From: an uncultured archaeon
GTDB lineage: Archaea > Asgardarchaeota > Jordiarchaeia > Jordiarchaeales > Jordiarchaeaceae
Direction of reading: 5' to 3'
NCBI GenBank assembly: GCA_964510585.1
Contig: CAZECW010000099.1
Span: 1 to 32,000, forward strand
DNA length: 32,000 bases
In this document: piece by piece, positions 1 to 8,583 of the stretch
Layout of the letters: every line of letters starts with the position of its first letter
How positions within the stretch are numbered: the first letter of the stretch is position 1
The notes under the pieces: model-generated
Database searches by the model: none
What the model was told of the DNA's origin: nothing
What the model saw: only the letters and a program-made list of their open reading frames with translations
Program-made: the position numbers and the translations under genes

Positions 1-138
1 CCCCATGAGGGTGCCAAAATAGACGCCGTTCCCTTGAGGGAAGGGCGTGTTAACTGGGTGATGGCACACCCATTGCTTCGAAGGCTCCCGATGAGCCAGA
101 AGCAAGAATCTCCCGACTTTAGTCGCGGAGAGTGTCAA
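1..138 (+). mobile_element. Right end of an IS200/IS605-family (tnpB-type) element, cut by the window edge
   Basis: GAATCTCCCGACTTTAGTCGCGGAGAGTGTCAA (106-138): subterminal hairpin CTCC-CGAC-TTTA-GTCG-C-GGAG (110-130) followed by TCAA (135-138), the layout of IS200/IS605 right ends. A short frame ending ...PMRVPK* (TAG at 20-22) could be a tnpB 3' end; the transposase genes lie outside the window. Confidence 0.75.
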
Positions 139-158
139 AAACGGAGTCTCCGAATTCT
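23..158 (+). ncRNA. Putative TnpB omegaRNA/reRNA scaffold plus flanking guide
   Basis: Four consecutive hairpins at 23-48, 55-72, 75-103 and 110-130, ending at the IS boundary. TnpB guide RNAs derive from the element right end plus the adjacent flank. The 3' extent is a guess. Confidence 0.5.
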
Positions 159-787
159 TCGAGCTCGTAGTCAAATTGTAGACCTGAAGTTAGATCCATA
201 TCTGCCACCACATAGCGTAGCAGGGCGCACCAAGGGCGGCCGCCAACTCTTCCAAGCTTCTCCTCTATGCATGCTTTACAGGCATCTTTAAGATGACAAT
301 TATAAATAGTGCACTGCACTTGGTCTTCGCCCACCAGCTCATAGTCAAAGTCGGGAAGTATTTTACCGGTTCTTATTCCCTCATGAGCCTTTTTCACTGC
401 GTCTGCAACACTGCTTACAGATTCCAATTTTCCCTCAGAGGCTAATCTTATGCTTTCTGCAGTCTTGCTGGTTGCGAGGCGTGTACTGGTTCCAGTTCCA
501 CCTTGAAGAGTCGACTCGGCTTTAATCAAACCATACAGAAGCGCGCAGTAACCTTGAGGATACCTGTTGAGATTTTTAACCACGTAGTCCTTGGCCTGAT
601 CAACGCTGTTAATGTCCCCTGGCGGATTTTCACCTAGTTTCCGGGACTCAAACTCTGCAATATATTTGGAAGCGAGTTTATTGAATACTGCCCCATACAT
701 TTTTTCCTGATTACCCACAAAGTAGTGCAAAACCGCAATAAGTTGATGTGCATCAATCTCCTTAGGAGAGTGCTCACTCATCGACAA
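119..787 (-). CDS. Hypothetical protein with a C-terminal V4R-like Cys-containing domain; last codons are IS-derived
   Basis: 222-aa ORF with CTIYNCHLKDACKAC...WCALL...FDYELEEF; codons at 139-119 (FDTLRD*) overlap the IS end. Start may be ATG 781. The domain call is tentative. Confidence 0.6.
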   Translation of the reverse strand: MSMSEHSPKEIDAHQLIAVLHYFVGNQEKMYGAVFNKLASKYIAEFESRKLGENPPGDINSVDQAKDYVVKNLNRYPQGYCALLYGLIKAESTLQGGTGTSTRLATSKTAESIRLASEGKLESVSSVADAVKKAHEGIRTGKILPDFDYELVGEDQVQCTIYNCHLKDACKACIEEKLGRVGGRPWCALLRYVVADMDLTSGLQFDYELEEFGDSVFDTLRD

Positions 788-1127
788 TCCAGCTCACCTA
801 AATTAAATTACGTAAAAAAGTAATTAAAGTCTTCCATAAACTAAAATAGTAGAAAAACTTGACCCACAACAAAAGATCAGGTAAATGCATTTGTCCTAAA
901 AAGGAATAACCCCAAAGAAACACTCCCCTAAAACAAACAATTAGCATAGAAGTCTAACTTTCCAACCCAGAGTTAACTTGAGCAACCTTGAGTCTCCCAC
1001 ATTAATTTCACAGTAGGCTTCCATCCGAGAATCCCATATAAAGCGGACATATCTATCTCACTGCCATTTAGATGCAAATATTCCCACTGGTGTTTGTAGC
1101 CCGACCTCTTGAAATTCAAAAACAAAA

Positions 1128-1706
1128 TTAGGAGACATCAAACCCAATAACAATGGATCCCAGTTCCGGTTTATTCTCCTCCCCAAGCAACCCCTTCAAA
1201 TACCCGTCACCAGCACGATTACAGAAGGCCAAAACCGCATTTTTAACCCCAACTTCCCTCTCCAACCGATCCATTTTGAATCCTCTACTAACAAAAAGCG
1301 TTGGAAACACCTTCTCCCCCCTCAGCTTCCTCACCCTCTCCGGAAAAATAACGAGATTCCTCCCAAAAACGCGAACCTCCTCACCGAATTCAGATTTAAC
1401 CCGATCAACATCATCGGTTATAAAACCAACAATGATTTCCCCCTGCCGCAAAACCACATGCGGACCGCTAGGCCACTCAAACCCCATGTCAGTAGAACAT
1501 GCAACCACCACCTCCTTGGACAGCGCTTCCCGAAGCCCCTCATTAAAAATACGACAACCAACCATAACACACTCCTCCGCCGCCAACTCACACCGCAGAA
1601 GAGAACTACGCTCAACATCATCCAAAACCCTAACCTTCCTCACACCAGGAACCCTCTCCAGAAAAGTAAGAACACCATTTACCCGATTCAACGTATCAGA
1701 CACCAA
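1128..1706 (-). CDS. Hypothetical protein, probably a conserved archaeal family
   Basis: 192-aa ORF with normal composition, whereas the overlapping + strand ORFs are Ser/Thr/Pro-rich shadows. NEGLREAL...HVVL...LGSIVIGFD resembles, from memory, an uncharacterised methanogen family. Confidence 0.7.
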   Translation of the reverse strand: MVSDTLNRVNGVLTFLERVPGVRKVRVLDDVERSSLLRCELAAEECVMVGCRIFNEGLREALSKEVVVACSTDMGFEWPSGPHVVLRQGEIIVGFITDDVDRVKSEFGEEVRVFGRNLVIFPERVRKLRGEKVFPTLFVSRGFKMDRLEREVGVKNAVLAFCNRAGDGYLKGLLGEENKPELGSIVIGFDVS

Positions 1707-2091
1707 GATACTACACCAAAAATTTCGCTTAATTCACAAGAAAACCTGAAATTCCTTTTTACAATTTTGTAAGAATGCAAAGCTCATCGAGGTTCGCCGC
1801 GAAACAAGCTATCACACTTTCCAAGGCGCATCAGCAAAAGCTGTTTTAAATATTTTTCGAATTTATCCGTCTCAACAACACGAAAAACAAAATTAATACC
1901 CTCCAAGAAAGACAACAAAAAATTCCCCAAAAATTTAAAGCAATGCAGATAGAAAAAAATAACAATAAAAACTTAAAAGCAAAGCCAACAAAAGCGGAAA
2001 TCTTTTAAACGTTCTAAATAGAATAGAATTTAACACGTACAAACCAAAAACCAAATACACATTAAAAAAGGTAATGTGGGTGATTTTGAAA

Positions 2092-2889
2092 ATGGATTGG
2101 GGAATGAAAAACAGATTATCCCGAATAATAAACCCAAAAACCGGACACACCGTCATGCTAGCAGTAGACCATGGTTATTTTCAGGGGCCTACATCCGGTC
2201 TGGAGCGTCCGGGTGAGGTTATTACACCGTTGCTTCCTTGGGCTGATGCGGTGATGCTTACTCGGGGTGTGCTTCGCAACACCATTGATGCCAGTATTCC
2301 TAATCCGGTGGTGCTCAGAGTTAGTGGTGGTACCAGTATTCTTAAGGACGATTTGAGTAATGAGGATATCACTACCTCAATGCGCGATGCGGTTAGACTA
2401 AACGCTGCGGCGGTTGCTCTCTCAATATTTGTCGGTTCACCCAATGAGAAACAAACCTTGGTGAATCTGGCGAAGCTGGTTGATGAGGGTGAAGAGTATG
2501 GTATGCCAGTTTTGGCTGTTACCGCTGTGGGTAGGGAAATGGTGCGTGACGCTCGTTATCTAGGTTTGGCTAGTCGCATCGCCGCTGAGCTTGGGGCAAG
2601 CATAGTGAAAACCTATTATTGCGAGAACTTTGGGAAAGTGGTGGAGGGCTGCCCTGTTCCCATAGTTATTGCAGGCGGTAAAAAGATTCCTGAGCCCGAA
2701 GCATTGAAGCTCGCCTATAATGCTATTCAGGAAGGTGCGGTGGGCGTCGACATGGGTCGAAACATATTTCAGAGTGAAGACCCTGTTGCAATGATTCAAG
2801 CTGTTCGCTCCATTGTTCAAGAGGACTATACGCCGGACGAGGCTCTTGAGCTTTTTAACAGTTTGAAGGGAAAAAGGGGACAACCATAG
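2092..2889 (+). CDS. lsrF: LsrF-like 3-hydroxy-5-phosphonooxypentane-2,4-dione thiolase (class I aldolase fold)
   Basis: [32 protein letters not shown] (active Lys), IAGGKK and [11 protein letters not shown] closely match LsrF. Start moved to ATG 2092. Confidence 0.9.
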   Translation: MDWGMKNRLSRIINPKTGHTVMLAVDHGYFQGPTSGLERPGEVITPLLPWADAVMLTRGVLRNTIDASIPNPVVLRVSGGTSILKDDLSNEDITTSMRDAVRLNAAAVALSIFVGSPNEKQTLVNLAKLVDEGEEYGMPVLAVTAVGREMVRDARYLGLASRIAAELGASIVKTYYCENFGKVVEGCPVPIVIAGGKKIPEPEALKLAYNAIQEGAVGVDMGRNIFQSEDPVAMIQAVRSIVQEDYTPDEALELFNSLKGKRGQP

Positions 2890-2951
2890 AAAGTTTTCAA
2901 AAATTTAGGCAACAATACTCTTTTTATAATTTGTTAAAGGGGAGATTGCTT

Positions 2952-3980
2952 TTGCGCGTTGCGATGTATTACAATAATAATGATGTTCGGCTTGAGGAGA
3001 TGCCCAAGCCTAAGATTGGTCCGGGCGAGATTCTGGTTAGGGCAATGGCCTGTGGTATTTGTGGTAGCGACGTTATGGAGTGGTACCGGGTTAAGAAGGC
3101 CCCCAGAGTTTTGGGCCACGAGATGACTGGAGAGTTTGTTGAGATTGGAGCCGGGGTGAAAAATTATAAGGTTGGGGATAGGGCTTTTGTTTCACATCAT
3201 GTTCCTTGCAACACTTGTCGGTACTGTTTGAATGGTTTTCATACGGCTTGTGAGACTTTGCATACTACTAATTTTGATCCTGGTGGTTTTGCTGAGTTTG
3301 TTCGTGTTCCTCCCCTTCAGGTGGATCGGGGTATTTATCTTTTGCCTGACGATATGAGTTATGAGGTTGGGACTTTTATTGAGCCTCTGGCGTGTTGCAT
3401 TAGGGGGCAGAGGCAGGCTAGGGTTAGGCCGGGTGACTCGATTTTCGTTATTGGGACTGGCATTTCTGGGATTTTACACATTATGTTGGCCCGCAATCTT
3501 GGTGCCGGAATGATTATTGGATGTGACATTAGTAAGTATCGCCTTGATGCTGCCAAGAGGTTTGGTGCCAATGCGGTCATAGACGCTAAAGATGAGAATG
3601 TTCCCGCGAGGCTTAGAGAGGTTAATGATGGTAGACTCGCCGATAAAGTCTTTGTTTGCACAGGTGCAGTTAAGGCTTCAGAGACTGCTTTGAAATGTGT
3701 TGATAGAGGTGGAACCATTCTTTTTTTCGCGGTACCCGAGCCCACAATTAACCTCCCGGTGAACTTTAATGAAATGTGGCGAAACGAAATCACTCTAACT
3801 ACCTCATACGGTGCTAGTCCAGCTGACCTGGCGACTTCGCTTGAGCTTCTGCGTACAGGTAACCTGAATGTTAAGGATATGATTACTCACAGGTTTGGTT
3901 TGGCCGAAGCTGGTGAAGCATTTAGGCTTGTTGCCAAAGCTGAGAACTCCCTCAAAGTCATTATAGAGCCTTACCGATAA
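2952..3980 (+). CDS. Zn-dependent medium-chain alcohol/polyol dehydrogenase
   Basis: GICGSD, GHE, structural Zn motif CNTCRYC...C, EPLAC, Rossmann GTGISG. Probable TTG start at 2952 after a purine-rich RBS; 62 bp after lsrF, likely the same operon. Confidence 0.92.
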   Translation: MRVAMYYNNNDVRLEEMPKPKIGPGEILVRAMACGICGSDVMEWYRVKKAPRVLGHEMTGEFVEIGAGVKNYKVGDRAFVSHHVPCNTCRYCLNGFHTACETLHTTNFDPGGFAEFVRVPPLQVDRGIYLLPDDMSYEVGTFIEPLACCIRGQRQARVRPGDSIFVIGTGISGILHIMLARNLGAGMIIGCDISKYRLDAAKRFGANAVIDAKDENVPARLREVNDGRLADKVFVCTGAVKASETALKCVDRGGTILFFAVPEPTINLPVNFNEMWRNEITLTTSYGASPADLATSLELLRTGNLNVKDMITHRFGLAEAGEAFRLVAKAENSLKVIIEPYR

Positions 3981-4137
3981 TTTCCATGTTTTTACTTCTA
4001 TTCTTTTTGAAGCTACGGAAACTTGGAGGGATAGAAAATTAGGTACTCTAAAAACTATTCTATATCGGACGCATATGTCCCGAATGTGGATATGCATTTT
4101 ATGTGTGTTTTATGAATGTTAAGGGGTCTTTCCTCAT
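3965..4137 (-). pseudogene. Remnant of a HEPN (DUF86-type) toxin
   Basis: ATGA overlap with the MNT stop, N-terminus MRKDPLTFIKH then a stop, and a downstream NMEIIGKA fragment resembling the RNLEIIGEA motif. The rest is absent. Confidence 0.55.
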
Positions 4138-4418
4138 AAAATTGCTTTCTGTTCCTCTAAAATTCTGTTTTTGAGGGGCGCAAGGAATTACAGGCTAATA
4201 TGTCAACTTTCCTCCCTAAAGACTAAGTCTATCTTCAATCCTGCAAGGTCGAGCAAACTTTTTCTCCCTCAAATTCAACCAAAATATCAATATCACTGTC
4301 TTCCCTCTCTTCCCCTTAGCAAAAGAATCAAAAATAGACGCGCTTTTCACACCATAGCGTCTCAGTATAGGAATTATTTTCTCTTTTATTTTTTTTCCAA
4401 CTCTTGAACTCTTTTCAT
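4134..4418 (-). pseudogene. Frameshifted minimal nucleotidyltransferase (MNT) antitoxin
   Basis: Fragments in shifting frames: MKRVQELEK / IKEKIIPILRRYGVKSASIFDSFAKG / EEREDSDIDILVEFEGEK / SLLDLAGLKIDL / LGRKVDIL / NRILEEQKAIL*. The GS motif is altered to DS. Confidence 0.85.
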
Positions 4419-4523
4419 ATCCACCACATAATTTATACCTACATCTTAATACTACAAAGAAGGTTTGTTTGATAAATCTAACGAGGAGCACTCTTCTATA
4501 AGTGGTTTGAAAAAATTCAAAAA

Positions 4524-4745
4524 AGACGTCTGTGTCCTACCAAAACCCTGATAGGATAAAGAAAAGAGTTCACACATAATGGTTCTAAGTAAAATCTTGT
4601 AGATGTGAACCCCACTAACATCGAATAAAAAAATGATAAAGGACTAACATATAATAACATCGCTTATTTAATACAGGTGGCCACTAATTTCCATCATGAG
4701 AAATGTAATAAGTACAAGAGGATATGATTCAGTTTTAGTTTTCGC
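4524..4745 (-). pseudogene. Decayed tandem copy of the 5' part of the 4855-5472 membrane gene
   Basis: Colinear shared blocks on the - strand (GGAGG RBS, GAAAACYAAAACTG, GTACTTATT, CCTGTATTAAATA, GGTTCAC, TTATCCT); GTG start mutated to GCG; internal stops. Confidence 0.8.
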
Positions 4746-4854
4746 TCTACGAAACCTCCAACTAAACTAATAGGGGGGAACGCTATTCTCCCATTTACAA
4801 ATAACAAATTCATTTTGGTGGCAATCCATTGGGAATCCTACCTATCCAAACCTA

Positions 4855-5472
4855 CTAATCTTGTTCATATAATTGCCTAAGCTTTTTTAGGTAAAAGTAT
4901 GGGGGTAGTAGGATTAAACTAACGGCTATGATTGTGAGAATGGAAGTGTTTGTGCTAGTTAGAGGGATTATTTGAAATATTCCACTGTACACAATTAGTA
5001 AGATCGAACCTGCAATTATTTGGAAGATGATTGTGGAACTTATTGTTAGTCTCTTTTTCCAAGAACTTTTTGTGAGTAAGGAGTGAATTTTTGCCCAAGT
5101 ATCATGGAAATATTCATGTTTGGACATCCCTAAAAAGGGACGGATTAGTCCAGCAAGTATAGGAAGAACTATAGTAGCTAGGATGGTAGCTGTTGCACCG
5201 GTGTAAAATAGGCTAAAGTATTGTTGAGAATCTACTGGAACAATAATGAGAGGCCTGTATCCTAATAAAGCCCAAACAGGATAAGGAAGTGAGTCTAGGT
5301 ATAATTGTTCTACGTAGAATCCTATAGGCGTGAACCTTACTAGCACTGAATGCAGAAATACCAAAGGACCAGTATATGATAACAGCGCATATTTAATACA
5401 GGAGGTGAGAATAACTCCCGTCAAGAGAAGAAAAATAAGTACGATGAAGTAATATACAGTTTTGGTTTTCAC
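4855..5472 (-). CDS. Hypothetical membrane protein (about 4 TM), candidate immunity protein
   Basis: 205-aa ORF, GTG start after GGAGG, about four hydrophobic segments. The function is inferred from context only. Confidence 0.7.
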   Translation of the reverse strand: MKTKTVYYFIVLIFLLLTGVILTSCIKYALLSYTGPLVFLHSVLVRFTPIGFYVEQLYLDSLPYPVWALLGYRPLIIVPVDSQQYFSLFYTGATATILATIVLPILAGLIRPFLGMSKHEYFHDTWAKIHSLLTKSSWKKRLTISSTIIFQIIAGSILLIVYSGIFQIIPLTSTNTSILTIIAVSLILLPPYFYLKKLRQLYEQD

Positions 5473-5572
5473 TTTACAAACCCTCCTTTTAAATTAATAA
5501 AAAAGGATGGAAGAATGGTCTTCTTCCATTTTGAAAGTACGTTCAGGTTGGCGGTGTTCCACCAGGAATTCC

Positions 5573-6891
5573 TCATATACATATCCAAGTATCCCAACAT
5601 CCGCATTCATTGGCAATTGTACTGTACAGGTACTGCAGGTCATACGCTTTTATGGGGTCAATGGGTAGTGGTGAATCATACCAGGGAGGTGTTGCACCAA
5701 TCACGCCACCAGTTGCAGTTACATAGTACCAAGCTATAGTTGGTATAACATCGGGAACCGGCGGATAATACCAAATTGCACCTGTTGGTGGGCTTACTGG
5801 ATAATGAACATACTCATAAAACCGAAATCCCCACACTGGATCTACCGATCTATTTTGCTGTTGGGCAAGAAGAATTTTGTTAAAAAGATCCATAGCTACT
5901 TTACCTGGTTCGAAGGTGGCTGCAGCTAGATAATAGCTGTAATTCCGAGGATGGCCCCAAAGATTTTATGGAACGGTTCGGGGATAAAATCGGCGAGAAG
6001 GACGATAGCTATGCTAGCTGAACCGCTTATGAATCCAGCAAGTCCCGTATAGGTAGGATCTCCAGGAACTTTTATAGCCCATGCGAACCAGATGTTTTCT
6101 TCTAGGTATGTGAAGTGGGTGTATGCGAATACGTCATATCCATAAAATATGGGGACGAGTACGAACCACCACCATTGCCAGACCCATATCCAGCAGATGA
6201 GTGGGGTTCTGCTGATTCTTATGTAGGGGTCGCTGATTACTGTTCCGTCGCTGCTGTATAATGTTATTTTTAACACGTTTTGCGTGGTTCCGTTTATTTC
6301 TAGTGAGTATTCTCTGTATATTGATGTTACTTCTGTTCCGTTGACTGTTTTTGTGGTGCTCCATTCTCTCACTATTTCGCCCTGTTCTACGATGAGGTTT
6401 ATGTTTTGGAATTCCTCCTCTATCTTTGGCTGTCTTTGTTGTTCTTGGAGCATGTTTTTCTGTGATAGTAGTTTGTCATAATCTGCGAAGATTTTTGATT
6501 GCTTCGGGTTCTCTCTCAGAAAGGAGAAGAACAGTTGGGCTACTGTTTCGTTGCTGGGATTACTCATCATTGTTGTGTATATAGTTGAATTCTTCATCAG
6601 CCACAGGTTGAAGTCCAGACTCAGGCTTTTCATAGCCTCCTCCATTTTTATATCAATTATCGACATGGGTGATGTTTCTTTGGAATATTCTTCTAGGGTA
6701 TTTATTTCATTTAATTGTTTTTGGTTTGCGACTAGTATTAGAGGACTGATGTTGTCTGAGATTTGGACCTTGGAGAGCGAACCTATGATGCCTACGCCTA
6801 AGCTGAGAAAAATGACCACAAAACAAATGCAGAAGACTGCTTTGAGAGTTCTTCCCTGCACCCTTGATTCCTCCTTCTCTGAAAAACGCAT
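5573..6891 (-). pseudogene. Frameshifted exported Trp-rich protein (about 439 aa if repaired), made of ORFs 5926-6891 and 5573-5893
   Basis: Restoring one C in ATT ATC [C]TA GCT at 5929 gives ...GITAII-LAAATFEPGKVA-MDLFNKILL..., joining both ORFs. It has an N-terminal signal/TM segment and several N-x-S/T sequons. Confidence 0.7.
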
Positions 6892-7070
6892 AATTTACTC
6901 ATTTTTACGCAAAACTTGTATATATATCGGAAATCCAAGTGAAAGCTTAGCGTAAAGTGAGAGGTTTTGCGGGCAACATTTTGTGCATTTACCCCAATAG
7001 GTTTTAGATTTTCTGAATTTGTTTTTTTATTTGTTATTGTTGGATTTGGGGATTTGTGGGAGGGTGTGTT

Positions 7071-7385
7071 TTAGGTTTTGGTGTCCCAGTTTAGGTCTTC
7101 GTCTTTGTCTCTGTCTTTGAATGTGGCGGTGAGCTGTTTTCCGAGGTCTTGGAAGTAGTCTGTTATGTCGAATGTGAAGCATTTTTGGTGTCTGCAGTAT
7201 TGGCATTCGGTTTCCAAAACGTCGTAGCTTCTGTTTTCGCTGTGGATTAGGTGCTGGATGCGTAGCTTGTAGGCGTTTATTTTGCCGCAGTTTTGGCAGG
7301 GTTGCCGGGATATGAAGATGTACTCGTCACGTACACACTTTACTTCGACGGCGTTATCCTTATCTAACTTGTCCATCTGTTTCAT
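7071..7385 (-). CDS. Small putative zinc-binding protein (CQNC...CQYC)
   Basis: 104-aa ORF with two CxxC pairs, a YDVL segment between them and a C-terminal FTFDIT motif. Confidence 0.7.
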   Translation of the reverse strand: MKQMDKLDKDNAVEVKCVRDEYIFISRQPCQNCGKINAYKLRIQHLIHSENRSYDVLETECQYCRHQKCFTFDITDYFQDLGKQLTATFKDRDKDEDLNWDTKT

Positions 7386-7479
7386 CTCGCAGAATTATTT
7401 ACTCGGGTTAGCTTATCAAAAAGGGGAGCACTCACTATAAATAAATGTTCCTCATCTTTTTGGGGTTTGAAAATTTTGG

Positions 7480-7648
7480 AGGCATAATCAATGTTGATTT
7501 TTCGGCATTTTCGTATCTCTTCCCTTTCCCGACTGCTACTGCTTCGTTCAACTTCTATGGGCAACACTGTGTTATACGGTCTGGGAGCTCAAAGGAGGCC
7601 AGTTTTGGCTAGGTGAATTAAAGGGGGCCTTGGGTTAGCCACCGCCAA
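7480..7648 (-). pseudogene. Degenerate DUF3368-type PIN toxin
   Basis: Overlaps the antitoxin end: LAVANPRPPLIHLAKTGLL* (cf. NAGPLIHLAK), then PIEV and EAVAVGKGKRYENAEK in shifted frames. The 3' limit is approximate. Confidence 0.7.
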
Positions 7649-7937
7649 ACTCTTTGATTTCGCGCTTTATCTCTTCTAGGGTTACTGGGAAGGTAATGTT
7701 ATGCTGCTTTAGGCTGTCAAGAATCTCTCTCTAGGTTGCATCAGCCATTTCGGCGGCGTGCCACACTGTGATTTTTCTCTCTCTTAGGAGTTGTAGGGCC
7801 TCCTTCAGCTTGAACTCTCTCATACCTTGCTTCAACATTTCTCTGATAACTACTGATCTGTTGACACCCCTCTTTTTCGAAATTCTTTCAAGATCCTCTA
7901 GCATCTCTCTTTCTACTCTCGAAGAAATAGTTTCCAT
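7635..7937 (-). pseudogene. UPF0175-family antitoxin with an internal amber stop
   Basis: RHH-like N-terminus; ...HAAEMADAT*REILDSLKQHNITFPVTLEEIKREIKEFGGG* continues in frame past TAG 7731-7733 to TAA at 7635, giving a family-typical 100 aa. Confidence 0.8.
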
Positions 7938-8370
7938 GTGTATAAATTTTATTAGAATTGTAAATGTTAGCTTTCTGGCACAAACTAAACTTTCAAAATC
8001 GGATTCATGTGGTTTATTGCCAAGGCTTGGAGGGAGGGTGGTAGCCGAAATTTTTTGTGGTGTTGGTAGGTCAATTTTTTGTTGATTTGTGGGTCTTTTT
8101 GTGATACGATGGGGGGTTGTTTGACTTGTTTTGGGGGTGTTTTTGGCTGGTTGTTTGTGTCTTTTTCCAGCCTAAAAACGCTTTTTTGTTTTTGTTTTTG
8201 CCTGTGGGAGCCTTTTTATTGGCTTTTTGGAGGAGGACACAACCCAGAAAAGCTATTAGCCTCTAAATTAATTAAATCCCAAAAAAAGTCGAATAAAGCG
8301 AAGCCCTTTTATGTGCATCTTTCCTATTTAAAAATAATTATCGTATGATTGGTTATGGAGGTTTTGTGTT

Positions 8371-8583
8371 GTGACTTGTTATTTTAGGCACATGCAAAAT
8401 ATTTTCGGGAGGGCTGGAATAACTGTTACGGATGGAAACAAGAGGGAGCTTGATCGGGTTATTCATCGCATTGTGGGTGTGGGGTATAAGAATTGTTCGG
8501 CTGCTTGGAGGGAGGTTAAGAGGAGAATAGCTGAGGATGAGGATGGGTTTGTTTCAGAGCTTAAGAAGGCTTGGGGTCAATAG
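8371..8583 (+). CDS. Small hypothetical protein, probably conserved in archaea
   Basis: 70-aa ORF after a GGAGG RBS; MTCYFRH...KNCSAAWREVK resembles a recalled small archaeal family. Confidence 0.7.
   Translation: MTCYFRHMQNIFGRAGITVTDGNKRELDRVIHRIVGVGYKNCSAAWREVKRRIAEDEDGFVSELKKAWGQ

Noticed and set aside
34-291. 85-aa + strand ORF
   Set aside because: It runs through the IS hairpins and antisense to the V4R-like gene, with no motif; a spurious frame.
975-1125. 50-codon - strand frame containing ILGWKP, reminiscent of epimerase C-termini
   Set aside because: The match is too short and has no other motif or start context.
1153-1772. Long + strand ORFs (198 and 104 aa)
   Set aside because: Ser/Thr/Pro/Asn-rich shadows of the - strand gene, produced by the A+C skew.
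5573-5575. Selenocysteine at WICI-TGA
   Set aside because: Not a known selenoprotein context, no SECIS-like element recognised, and the gene already carries a frameshift.
7731-7733. Pyrrolysine read-through of the amber codon
   Set aside because: The partner toxin is clearly decayed, the MttB here has no TAG, and no pyl genes are in the window; a nonsense mutation is simpler.
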